Below, piece by piece: positions 47,601-56,300 of a stretch of 64,000 bases of DNA. This stretch comes from an uncultured virus (IMG/VR IMGVR_UViG_3300032268_000759) (taxonomy: Duplodnaviria; Heunggongvirae; Uroviricota; Caudoviricetes): IMG/VR virus record IMGVR_UViG_3300032268_000759, positions 1 to 64,000 of that record. One strand, 5' to 3'. The first letter of the stretch is position 1; every line of letters begins with the position of its first letter. The translations under genes and the position numbers were made by a program. The notes under the pieces are model-generated. The model did not search any database. It worked only from the letters and a program-made list of their open reading frames with translations, and was not told where the DNA came from.

Positions 47601-49636
47601 GAGATTATATTGGTGATCCAAGACAGTTGGCTCAATCTAAAGATTTTTATCCTGATTTAAATACTTTAAGAGATGAATACTTTAAAAAATATACTTCAAA
47701 TTATAATTTAACTGATTATATTCGTTTAATAAAATACTTTGATAACTCATTATTTAAAATGATTAAAGATTTTGTTCCTGCAAGAACAAGTTTATCGTCA
47801 GGTATAGTTATTAAACAGCATTTATTAGAAAGAAATAGATACAGAGTACCTTCAGCTTCATACTCAGAACCATACTATACAGCATCAGTTAAATCATTTC
47901 CATTTGATTTTAACTCATCACAGTTATATAAAACTACAGCTGCTGGGGCAGGAGAATTTGATTCAGTATATATAGATAGTTTAAATCAAGCTTGGTCTGA
48001 ATCTATTGTCACTCCATTAGGTATAGTAAATAGAATTCATAATGATAAAAGTGAATTTTTAACAGGTGAATTAAGTGGAAGTACAATTGTAGCATCAACT
48101 CAAAGTTTAGGTCCAACTCCACTTTTATTTAATTTAGATTTAATATCTACAGATAATGGAGCAGGTTTAATCACATACTATGATATTAATTTTAAATTTA
48201 AATCAGATAAAACATATTATATTCAACTTAATATTAATAATACTGATACAACATTTTTAGGTAATATCTATGCTTTTTGGTTAGGTACAAGTTTATTAGA
48301 TTCAAGTGATATTATATATGAAAATGCTAGCATCCCAGTATCAACACTGTTATCTCCATTTATAAAAATTGAGAATGCTAAAACTAGAACATTAAGAGTA
48401 GTTAATGCTAGTTTATTTAATAATAATACATCTATATCTGCCTTAATATACGAAACTCCAAATGATTTACCTGAACCATTATTAAATAATGTTTCAATAT
48501 ATCCACCAAGTAGATATTTTATGGATATTGATTATTCATCAGGTCAACTTTCTCCAACTAATCAAGGAGTACTTATTACAGGATCAGCTACTAAAGCTCC
48601 TGTACAAGATTATAATTATAATGTTCGTAGAAGTACTTTACCAAGATATGCTGGTAGTAAATTAACAGGAGCAAAAATAAATGTTCATACAGATGGAGAT
48701 ATTAGTTATGGTAAAGAACCTGTAATTAACAACTACCAAACATCTTTTTTAACATTTAAAGAAATTAGAAATGCTTATCCTGAGTTAGTAGGTAAATCAA
48801 CATTATGGATTAATAGTCTAGTTGATAAAGATGGTAATCAATTAGCTGTAAATTTTAGTACTGGTTCAAATTACTATTATAATTTAATTGATAATTTTGG
48901 AAAAGATAGTCAAGTAAACTTACAAATAACTACAACACCTACAGGCTCAACATCAACTGATTTAGATTTATCTACAACTGTATATAGACCTGCTTTATTA
49001 TGGCCTAAAGTAGTATTAACCAATGAATCAGGAAGTACTTTAAATAGTGATAATACTATTAGATATGTAACTGCTTCAATAGCTATAAATGAAACTTTAA
49101 TTTCAAGTGGAGTTGTTTCACCTTACACTCTTTTAAGTTCTAGTGTGTGGGGAACAGGAGGATCAACTTTATTGAATGTGATAACATCATCAACCCAATT
49201 ATATAATACTTATGTAGCATCAGCTTTTTTCCCAAGTTATTCATTTAGTCAAAATAATACAACAACTTCATCAGTAGGTGGAGTTGGAGGATATGATCCA
49301 ATAACATTAGATATATCTCATATTAAAGTTGGAAATGAAATTAGATTTAATCAAGATGAAAGTAGAGTATATGTCATTAAAGAAGTAAATCTTAACCCTA
49401 TGTTATTTTATATATGGTTAGTTCTTGATAAACCAATACCTTCAGCTCATACTTCTTCATTAAATAATGGATTTTTAATCAGAGAATATCAAACTGATCC
49501 ATCTAAACTAGTAATAAATGCTCCTAAATTAGTAGGAGGCGCACCAGGATATTTAACACCACAATATATATCTCCTGATCTTATAGCGAGTTTAGATAAA
49601 ACAGTTGAAACTTTAAAAGAAACCGGAATATTATAA
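44627..49636 (+). CDS. Large baseplate/tail protein (gp7-like wedge region + LamG-like domain)
   Basis: KKGTIEGLRALITLYGIP; WWSVLVTR...LYV...F.G.FQEFRYY; IKDFVPART. Confidence 0.7.
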   Translation: MDRIVNIQNVDPTTLELQNYSSEDQNLISSFELENSFTSSVDYIEYTIYDFNQNILLYTDQFSNYSIINNKVQIDPENDLVSYGFDEGQYITNYNFFKNILGSSNDNTYYISEISSDRTEVRLDTTLIDNILVISSSTDFSIQLQQSNYYKDFYLNFGNNNLVIANNVLLDTSDPTNPTVLIKLYEPLPTNFDLKTELWVVESIADPLSYQISISLIFDSVDSGIQLNGPNFNISTKDRINNSSEYASFNSITNTTSQFGSSSLRYQLNSLLVEKGIEINIDYNSYYNFVFFSSAQTRLENFYYKMSLLEEYTANAKMSSTGSSSTSYYVSSSYNIYQAKIDDIITNFDGYEYFLYFESGSKCWPKTNDEQPYINATVNSLVVQNWLAEQYASASDYDNNLNPNALINTIPSYLRDDPSNSQYELFVEMVGQHFDSIWVYIKDIDNKYNADNRLDYGVSKDLVADVLRDLGVKIYQNNFSVDDLYTSFIGITPGGSSLPSTGNELITNYVTASLSPYVLPGYVITGYVNGKPIIVPLDDINKSIYKRIYHNVPYLFKKKGTIEGLRALITLYGIPDTILRINEFGGKNKDNSNDWDQWQNQYNYSLYSSLVDNYPTSESGSVYGSGTYGTSVYTSTSNKSGVVIIPWDKLSTTNTSPASIAFRFKTEGVSFFYPSQSLLFNELSLGGNAFSLVLERSESIYGTYSGSGAPISPTYDWGTLKLILPDTSVSCSVYLPLFNSGWWSVLVTRTNSTHSLYVKNKINNGEDGNQLGFQASSSVISSNPSWNNVGNSYLGGFRSGVTSSLISGKIYTPFLGTFQEFRYYSLPLNEGTFDDFVMNPYSIEGNTIDGAQSSVEILKLRAPLGSILDIDVSQSARTSVHPSLTVVPTTSSFYNGTNNYTITGSFQFVSNTETIFLDQFPAGIRNTINNKIKIAQTILPTGDTLSPYIRIQQDSPVSGSYTKDLNLLEVAFSPQNEINEDIIAQLGYFNLGDYIGDPRQLAQSKDFYPDLNTLRDEYFKKYTSNYNLTDYIRLIKYFDNSLFKMIKDFVPARTSLSSGIVIKQHLLERNRYRVPSASYSEPYYTASVKSFPFDFNSSQLYKTTAAGAGEFDSVYIDSLNQAWSESIVTPLGIVNRIHNDKSEFLTGELSGSTIVASTQSLGPTPLLFNLDLISTDNGAGLITYYDINFKFKSDKTYYIQLNINNTDTTFLGNIYAFWLGTSLLDSSDIIYENASIPVSTLLSPFIKIENAKTRTLRVVNASLFNNNTSISALIYETPNDLPEPLLNNVSIYPPSRYFMDIDYSSGQLSPTNQGVLITGSATKAPVQDYNYNVRRSTLPRYAGSKLTGAKINVHTDGDISYGKEPVINNYQTSFLTFKEIRNAYPELVGKSTLWINSLVDKDGNQLAVNFSTGSNYYYNLIDNFGKDSQVNLQITTTPTGSTSTDLDLSTTVYRPALLWPKVVLTNESGSTLNSDNTIRYVTASIAINETLISSGVVSPYTLLSSSVWGTGGSTLLNVITSSTQLYNTYVASAFFPSYSFSQNNTTTSSVGGVGGYDPITLDISHIKVGNEIRFNQDESRVYVIKEVNLNPMLFYIWLVLDKPIPSAHTSSLNNGFLIREYQTDPSKLVINAPKLVGGAPGYLTPQYISPDLIASLDKTVETLKETGIL

Positions 49637-49663
49637 TATTTATTAACATATAAACAAATACAA

Positions 49664-50317
49664 ATGGCATACTTAAATAATTCAGTAGTAACAGTAGACG
49701 CTATATTAACAACAAAAGGTCGCGAACTTTTAGCAAAAAGCGATGGTAGTTTTAGAATTACCCAATTTTCATTAGCAGATGATGAAATTGATTATACTTT
49801 ATATAATCCAACACATCCATCTGGGTCAGCTTATTATGGTGAAGCATTAGCGAACTTACCTTTACTTGAAGCATTTCCTCAAGAAACCCAAATTATGAAA
49901 TATAAATTGGCTACTTTACCTCGTGGAACTTCAAAATTACCAATATTAAATTTAGGTACATCAAATATAGTTATACCTCAAGGTGGAACATATATTATTA
50001 ATCCTCAAACTTTAAACTATTTAGGTGGTAATTCAACAACAGAACAGTCAGGTTACACTGCTACTATATCTGATGTTCGTTTATTAAAATCATTTACTGG
50101 GACAGGTGTTAATACAGCAGCGGCTCAAGCATTAAATGTTTCAACTACTATAGGTACAAATGTATCTAAAACAGTAGTAGGTACTACAATTAGTTTAACT
50201 GCTACAACTGTTAATACATTGTTTGGTGCAAACTCATCAGCAACAGCTACATTAACAGTAGAAGGTAGAGATAGTGGTGCTCGTGTTACTATTCCTGTTA
50301 CTATAACAAAATCATAA
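49664..50317 (+). CDS. Baseplate/tail structural protein
   Basis: DAILTTKGRELLA...ITQFSLADDEIDY. Confidence 0.65.
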   Translation: MAYLNNSVVTVDAILTTKGRELLAKSDGSFRITQFSLADDEIDYTLYNPTHPSGSAYYGEALANLPLLEAFPQETQIMKYKLATLPRGTSKLPILNLGTSNIVIPQGGTYIINPQTLNYLGGNSTTEQSGYTATISDVRLLKSFTGTGVNTAAAQALNVSTTIGTNVSKTVVGTTISLTATTVNTLFGANSSATATLTVEGRDSGARVTIPVTITKS

Positions 50318-50330
50318 AATTAAATAAAAT

Positions 50331-51371
50331 ATGTCATTCAAAAGATTAGACCCAGAAGATTTTATACTATCAGCAGATTCAATAACTGCTGCGTTATGGA
50401 CTACTAACAACCCAACATTAAGTACTTTCTTTACTTCATCAACTCAAGAAGCATCAACTACAGGTGATTATTACTTAAGTGTATATCAAACTAGTTCAGC
50501 TTTATCAGGTTCAGAAGTTCAATTTGATACTACATATGGTAACAAATTTGGTAGTGGTAGTGCTTTATATAATACATTAGTACCAGAAAATTCTCCAACT
50601 AAAACTATATATGGTCAATATAGAGCATTGGTTTTAGGAGATGAAAATTCTGATTTTGTATTTGGTAATATAACATCTTCTGATTTTTGGGCTATATCAG
50701 TTTCAAGAAACAGATATAAAGAATCATTATTTCCAGGTTCATTAACTTTAAGACTATCAGGTTCAACAGGTTTAAATATATTATTAACTGATGATTCACA
50801 ATATGTTTCTACTGTATCTTTCTTAGATTCAGGTCGAGTTTATAATTTAATTTCAGGTTCAGCTGGTGTAAAAAGCACAACAACTGCTACAACTAGTGAT
50901 GGTTGGTCATTAAACTCAGGTTCATATGGTTGGTTCTTACCAGATATTGGAACAATATTACTTAATCCATTAGCATTAGGAAGTTCAGTAGTAGGTGGTG
51001 GTATTTCATTAACATCAAATAAAACAAATAATTCTGATGGACAAAATCCTCAACTATTGTTTAGAGCAATTAGTGGTAGTGGTCCATCTTTAGCAGCATT
51101 CCGTTTAAACTCTCAAGAAACAATTACTTCAGATTACGTATTTGTTAGAGCTAGAAACTCAGAATTTAACTACTCAGAAAATCCAACATTCATATCTGGT
51201 TCAACAGGTGAAGTGTTATATGATGATTTTATTAATAATCCTCAAGTATATTTCACAACTGTAGGCATGTATAATGATAACAATGAATTAGTAGCAGTAG
51301 CTAAATTATCAAAACCATTAGTTAAAGACTTTACTAAAGAAGCTTTAATTCGTGTGAAATTAGATTTCTAA
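50331..51371 (+). CDS. Baseplate/tail structural protein
   Basis: EFNYSENPT...TTVGMYNDNNELVAVAKLSKP; paralog of next gene. Confidence 0.65.
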   Translation: MSFKRLDPEDFILSADSITAALWTTNNPTLSTFFTSSTQEASTTGDYYLSVYQTSSALSGSEVQFDTTYGNKFGSGSALYNTLVPENSPTKTIYGQYRALVLGDENSDFVFGNITSSDFWAISVSRNRYKESLFPGSLTLRLSGSTGLNILLTDDSQYVSTVSFLDSGRVYNLISGSAGVKSTTTATTSDGWSLNSGSYGWFLPDIGTILLNPLALGSSVVGGGISLTSNKTNNSDGQNPQLLFRAISGSGPSLAAFRLNSQETITSDYVFVRARNSEFNYSENPTFISGSTGEVLYDDFINNPQVYFTTVGMYNDNNELVAVAKLSKPLVKDFTKEALIRVKLDF

Positions 51372-51374
51372 TGA

Positions 51375-52301
51375 ATGGGTGCTTACAAAACATTACTTGC
51401 ACAAGATATAATTATAACTCCATTTGAGGTGAACAAACTGTTCACCTTTTATGGAAATAATCAACTAATTGGTTCTGAAGTAGGTATTGATAGATTTTTA
51501 GGTAAAAACATAACCTCAAGTTTTGGACAAGATTCAACATTATTTAATCCAAATACTGATCCTACAACAGGACAATTATCTACTCAATATCAAAGACTAA
51601 TATATAATTCAATAAAAGAATTATATTACTCTAATTATTTAAGCTCAAGTTTTGGCTCACCAGTAACTACAGCTAGTTTAATTCCTGGTAAAGACACAGA
51701 CGGAAATGTACTAGTAGGAGGAACATATTCTCCATTATTCTATAATTACTTACAAACTACCTTATCATACCCACACTTTTTTCCAACATCATCAGATGCT
51801 ATTATAGGTGTATTAGCTATACCTTCAAGATTATTTGGAGATAACATTTCACCTAATAGTTTAGTTTATATTTGTGATAGTGGAAGTTACACAGATGATG
51901 GTGAAGGTAATTTAATATCTGGTAGTAATATTGTAGGTAACGTCATATACCAACATGGTATGGTAGTGTTATCAAGCGGTAGTAATAGTGTTATAAATAA
52001 CTTTATCTCAACTAATAACACAACTTGCTCATTTAAAAGCTCATATTCAATATATGAAACTCAATACAAATGTACTATCAGAGAAAATGAATTTAACTTT
52101 AGTCAAAATCCTACTTTACTATCTGGAAGTAGTAATGATACGTTATATAATTTTGCTACTGGTTCTTACTTTGCTCCGTTTATAACAACAGTTGGTTTAT
52201 ATGATGAACAACAAAATTTAGTAGCTGTAGGTAAATTGGCACAACCCTTACCATCATCAAGAACAACAGATATGACAATATATGTCAATTTAGATAGATA
52301 A
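51375..52301 (+). CDS. Baseplate/tail structural protein
   Basis: EFNFSQNPT...TTVGLYDEQQNLVAVGKLAQP. Confidence 0.65.
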   Translation: MGAYKTLLAQDIIITPFEVNKLFTFYGNNQLIGSEVGIDRFLGKNITSSFGQDSTLFNPNTDPTTGQLSTQYQRLIYNSIKELYYSNYLSSSFGSPVTTASLIPGKDTDGNVLVGGTYSPLFYNYLQTTLSYPHFFPTSSDAIIGVLAIPSRLFGDNISPNSLVYICDSGSYTDDGEGNLISGSNIVGNVIYQHGMVVLSSGSNSVINNFISTNNTTCSFKSSYSIYETQYKCTIRENEFNFSQNPTLLSGSSNDTLYNFATGSYFAPFITTVGLYDEQQNLVAVGKLAQPLPSSRTTDMTIYVNLDR

Positions 52302-52306
52302 AAAAT

Positions 52307-52768
52307 ATGCATTTATTAGAATTAGTTACGACAATTGAAGATTTAATTGATGATGAGAATTTTGATTCAACTCAATATGAAGGGTACATATACATGACCA
52401 CTAACTTGGAAACAAATCGTAGTTATATAGGTAAGAAAAATTTCTTCCATAAAACCAATGTTAAATTAGGTAAAAAAGAATTAGCTAACTTACCAGTTAC
52501 ACGTGGTAGAACCAAACAAACTAAATTAGTAGTTAAACCAAGCGATTGGAAAACATATTATGGTTCATCACAGGAAATAAAAGAGGATCTTAAAAAATAT
52601 CCTAAAGATAAATTTGTACGAGTATTATTAAAACTTTGTAAATCAAAAAAATCTTTAACTTATTATGAAAACAAATATTTATTCCAATATGGAGTACTAG
52701 AAGATCCAAAACAATGGATTAACGATAATATCCAGGGTCGTTTTTTCTCATCTGATACCTTAGAATAA
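52307..52768 (+). CDS. GIY-YIG (Seg-like) nuclease
   Basis: GYIYMTTN...YIGKK...WKTYYGSS...F.R..L...E...NDNI. Confidence 0.8.
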   Translation: MHLLELVTTIEDLIDDENFDSTQYEGYIYMTTNLETNRSYIGKKNFFHKTNVKLGKKELANLPVTRGRTKQTKLVVKPSDWKTYYGSSQEIKEDLKKYPKDKFVRVLLKLCKSKKSLTYYENKYLFQYGVLEDPKQWINDNIQGRFFSSDTLE

Positions 52769-52795
52769 AAGATATATATTTATAACAAAATAACT

Positions 52796-53113
52796 ATGAA
52801 AATACAAGACTTACGTAAACTAATCAAAGAAGAAATACAAAACGTATTAAATGAAGCAACTGACTTCAAATCATTTACTGTTCTTCAACCAGGTGGATCT
52901 TGGTATGAAGTTAAATATGGTGCGGGTAAATCATTTATAGCTGCAGGTGTTGGCAAACCTGAAATGACATTAATAGGTTCAACTCCAGAAGAAAAAAAAG
53001 TTTTTGATGAAATAGCACAAATGATTGGAGGTCAAGTTCAAGAAAATGATGTATTTGGATTTGAACTATCTATTCCAGCAACTAAATTTAAAGAATTATT
53101 TAATGTACAATAA
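52796..53113 (+). CDS. Leader-bearing protein (MKIQDLRKLIKEEIQNVLNE)
   Basis: Shared leader; follows late-type motif. Confidence 0.7.
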   Translation: MKIQDLRKLIKEEIQNVLNEATDFKSFTVLQPGGSWYEVKYGAGKSFIAAGVGKPEMTLIGSTPEEKKVFDEIAQMIGGQVQENDVFGFELSIPATKFKELFNVQ

Positions 53114-53118
53114 CTAAT

Positions 53119-53670
53119 ATGAAAAAACAAATATTAAACGAAGAATTTCGTAGAATGAAAAAAATTGCAGGTTTAATCACTGAAAACGAAATTAGTGAAG
53201 AAACCCTAACTGAAAACAAATACAGAGCATCAGATTTTCCTGAAGTAACTGGATTTGAAGAAGATAATAATAGGATAATCATTACTTTTTCTGACAATAC
53301 TAAAGATTTAATTGAACCAAGAAATTTTGCTAATAAAGAAGTAGGATACTCTAAATTCCTTGAGTTATTAAATACTATGGATACTGATCCTAAAGCTAAA
53401 CAAGCAGTAAGTGATTTTTTAGAAATCAAAAGATTTAATGTAATTAGTACAAGTGACATTAATAAACTTTTAGCTGATAATGGTGTAGATGAAGAATATT
53501 ATGCAGGTATGGGTGGTAAAGAAATTGAAGGAGGAACAGAGGAATGGTTAGATATATTATCTGATATTACTGGTAAAGACGCTTATAGTGGAGAATTCAG
53601 TAAAAAAGATGATATGAAAATACAAACATTCATGAATCATCTAAGTCGTTTAGGTATTGAAGTAGTATAA
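53119..53670 (+). CDS. Leader-bearing acidic protein (LNEEFRRMKKIAGLITE)
   Basis: Shared leader with 59007. Confidence 0.7.
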   Translation: MKKQILNEEFRRMKKIAGLITENEISEETLTENKYRASDFPEVTGFEEDNNRIIITFSDNTKDLIEPRNFANKEVGYSKFLELLNTMDTDPKAKQAVSDFLEIKRFNVISTSDINKLLADNGVDEEYYAGMGGKEIEGGTEEWLDILSDITGKDAYSGEFSKKDDMKIQTFMNHLSRLGIEVV

Positions 53671-53721
53671 AAAATATAAGTAAGCTTGGTTCGCCAAGCT
53701 TTCTTTATTATATTACTGCTA

Positions 53722-54645
53722 ATGGTAAACCAACTATTAGTTACATTAATAAATTCTGTACTTGGTACAGGTAAGTCAACATCAAGAGGTAATTATGCTT
53801 ATACTTGCCCGAGTTGCCACCACCATAAACCAAAACTAGAGATATGTTTAGATGAAACTAGTCCTGATTTTCAAAAATTTGGATGTTGGGTTTGTAAGGT
53901 TAAAGGTAAAAAACTAATTAATTTATTTAAATTAGTTGGAGCTCACTCAGATGTGATGTTAGAGCTTAAATCATTAGTTAAAAACGTCACACCCGTTGAA
54001 CAAAGACAACTTGAGGAAATTAAAGTTATATTACCTGAAGAGTTTAAATCTGTACTTAATTCTACAACATTATCATCAAAACAAGCTTTGTCATATCTAA
54101 AAGGACGAGGCATAACAGAAGATGATATTATTAAATATAATATAGGTTATTGTGAGTCAGGACTATATTCAAATATGATTATTATACCATCATATAATGA
54201 ATCTGGTTCTTTAAATTATTTTGTTGGTAGAAGTTTTATACATGACTCAGATAGAAAACTTAACCCAGATGTATCTAGAGATATAATACCATTTGAAATA
54301 TTCATTAACTGGAATTCACCTATAATATTATGTGAAGGAATGTTTGATGCTATAACAATTAAACGAAATGCTATACCATTATTAGGTAAAAATTTACAGT
54401 CAAAATTAATGAAAAAAATTGTTACTTCAACTGTAAAGAAAATATATATAGCATTAGATAAAGATGCTATAAAACAAGCACTTGATTTTTGTGAACAATT
54501 AATAAATGAAGGAAAAACAGTTTACTTAGTAGAATTAACAGATAAAGATCCAAATGAAATAGGTTTTAAACAATTTACAACACTAATCCAAAACACGTTC
54601 CCGTTAACCTATTCAGGACTGTTAGAAAAAAAATTATCATTATGA
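53722..54645 (+). CDS. DNA primase (Zn finger + TOPRIM)
   Basis: CPSC...CWVC; YL..RGI; IIIP; YFVGR; CEGMFDA; ALDKDA; KDPNE; start revised to the ATG after promoter 53685. Confidence 0.9.
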   Translation: MVNQLLVTLINSVLGTGKSTSRGNYAYTCPSCHHHKPKLEICLDETSPDFQKFGCWVCKVKGKKLINLFKLVGAHSDVMLELKSLVKNVTPVEQRQLEEIKVILPEEFKSVLNSTTLSSKQALSYLKGRGITEDDIIKYNIGYCESGLYSNMIIIPSYNESGSLNYFVGRSFIHDSDRKLNPDVSRDIIPFEIFINWNSPIILCEGMFDAITIKRNAIPLLGKNLQSKLMKKIVTSTVKKIYIALDKDAIKQALDFCEQLINEGKTVYLVELTDKDPNEIGFKQFTTLIQNTFPLTYSGLLEKKLSL

Positions 54646-55409
54646 GTCAAATAAAACACTCTTACAATCGTATCTTAGAAATATCAGACGATCACAAACA
54701 AATCACATTGCCTGATTCAAGATATTATAGACGAAATGGAGAATATTATCCAAGTGTTACATATGTTTTAGGTTATTATCCAAAAGGTAAATTTTTTGAA
54801 GATTGGTTAAAAAAAGTTGGTTACTCAGCTGAACATATTGTTAAAAAAGCAGCTGATGAAGGTACTCAAGTTCATGAGATGATTGAGGAATATCTTGAAG
54901 GTAAAGAATTAAGTTATTTAAATCAACATGGTGCTCCATCAATGCATCCTGATGTTTGGGTAATGTTTTTAAAATTTGTTGAATTTTGGGAAACATATAA
55001 TCCAAAACTTATTGAAACTGAAGTACATTTATTTTCAGACGAGCTTAAAGTAGCTGGTACATGTGATATGATTTGTGAAATTGATGGTAAGTTATGGTTA
55101 ATAGATTTTAAAACATCAAATCATATCCAATTAACATATCAATTACAAACAGCAGTATATGGTCAATGTTACAAAGAATGTTATGGAAAAACTATTGATA
55201 ACTATGGTGTGTTATGGTTGAAATCATCTAAACGTAAACTTAATAAAGAAAAAATGTCTGGTAAAGGTTGGGAAATAGTAGCATCAGAACGTACTCATGA
55301 AGAAAATATTGAAATATTTAAAACTGTGAAACGTTTATTTGATTTAGAAAATCCAAACAGTTCACCAATATTTACTGAATTTAAAACAACTGCTAAACGA
55401 ACTTTATAG
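54642..55409 (+). CDS. PD-(D/E)XK exonuclease
   Basis: YPSVT, GTQVH..IE, AGTCD, IDFKTS, QT.VY. Confidence 0.85.
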   Translation: MSQIKHSYNRILEISDDHKQITLPDSRYYRRNGEYYPSVTYVLGYYPKGKFFEDWLKKVGYSAEHIVKKAADEGTQVHEMIEEYLEGKELSYLNQHGAPSMHPDVWVMFLKFVEFWETYNPKLIETEVHLFSDELKVAGTCDMICEIDGKLWLIDFKTSNHIQLTYQLQTAVYGQCYKECYGKTIDNYGVLWLKSSKRKLNKEKMSGKGWEIVASERTHEENIEIFKTVKRLFDLENPNSSPIFTEFKTTAKRTL

Positions 55410-55475
55410 TTCTAATTTTCATAAATATTTATAGGAGACTTGGCATCCCCAAGTCTCTTCATTATATTTACATCG

Positions 55476-56300
55476 ATGATAAAACTTGTAGACCTATTAT
55501 TAGAAATATCCCAAAATAAAATGGTAGTCATGGCTGGTGGAGCTGGGGCAGGTAAATCGTATTTACTTAATAAAGTAAAATCTAAAGAACCAAACATAAA
55601 AATACTTAATCCTGATTCATATATTGAGGACAAAAATAGTCCAATGTATAATAACTTAACAAAAGCATCATCACAAATTGATGATGTGGATGTACCTAAT
55701 GCTATAAGTAGAGGTGAATCATTTATTTGGGACACAACAGCATCTAATGCTGCTAAAATGATTGGTGGTGAATATCGTCGTAAACAAGTAAAAGGAATAT
55801 TAAATACTGAAGGTTATGATGAGATGATGGTAATGGTTTATACACATCCTATAGTGTCATTTTTACGTAACTTTAAACGTGAACGTAAAGTACCTACAGT
55901 AGGTGTATTATCAACTTGGAATAATGTTTATGGTAATATAGACACATATAAGTCGAAATTAGGCGATAATTTTATATTGTATCAAGCGCCTGATAAAGAA
56001 TACGCTAAAGAAATACAGGCGTTTAACTCAGCGATTTCTAACGGAAAATTAAATGACTATTTCTCAAACTTGTTATCAACAGGTGAATATGCTTCAACAT
56101 TTAGAAAAGACAAACCTGAACCACAAACACCAGAAGAAATAGAAAAAGCTGAAAAAGCTAAAGAACAATCAAAAGCTTTAGTTAACACTCAGATTGATAG
56201 ACTTGAAAAAGAGTTTATGAATATTGAAAATAAAATCAAAGATTCTATCATAACTGATGAGAATGAAGTAGTAAACAGAATAGTTAACTTTATAAAATGA
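55476..56300 (+). CDS. P-loop kinase (zeta-toxin/AAA_33-like) with leader MIKLVDLLLE
   Basis: MAGGAGAGKS, NPD, IWDTTA, RN.KRER.VP. Confidence 0.75.
   Translation: MIKLVDLLLEISQNKMVVMAGGAGAGKSYLLNKVKSKEPNIKILNPDSYIEDKNSPMYNNLTKASSQIDDVDVPNAISRGESFIWDTTASNAAKMIGGEYRRKQVKGILNTEGYDEMMVMVYTHPIVSFLRNFKRERKVPTVGVLSTWNNVYGNIDTYKSKLGDNFILYQAPDKEYAKEIQAFNSAISNGKLNDYFSNLLSTGEYASTFRKDKPEPQTPEEIEKAEKAKEQSKALVNTQIDRLEKEFMNIENKIKDSIITDENEVVNRIVNFIK

Larger units (their letters stand above)
52..55470 (+). promoter_or_regulatory. Dispersed family of ~34 host-sigma (Bacteroidota-type) early promoters, (T/C)TTGG-N19-TATATTTA
   Basis: The -33 (T/C)TTG box starts at 52, 2606, 2965, 3278, 4143, 6742, 13528, 14659, 15718, 18692, 18851, 20189, 20556, 21342, 21617, 21891, 22191, 22491, 22911, 23171, 23466, 23736, 24753, 25140, 25415, 25796, 26385, 27343, 30583, 30921, 32235, 33499, 53685 and 55439. 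Each has a TATATTTA-like -7 box exactly 20 nt after the TTTG. Variants occur at 21020, 34674 and 35414. This matches the Bacteroides TTTG-N19-21-TAnnTTTG consensus. Confidence 0.9.

Noticed and set aside
55476-56300. Zeta/epsilon toxin-antitoxin module
   Set aside because: Only a generic P-loop kinase signature is visible, and there is no adjacent antitoxin-like gene.
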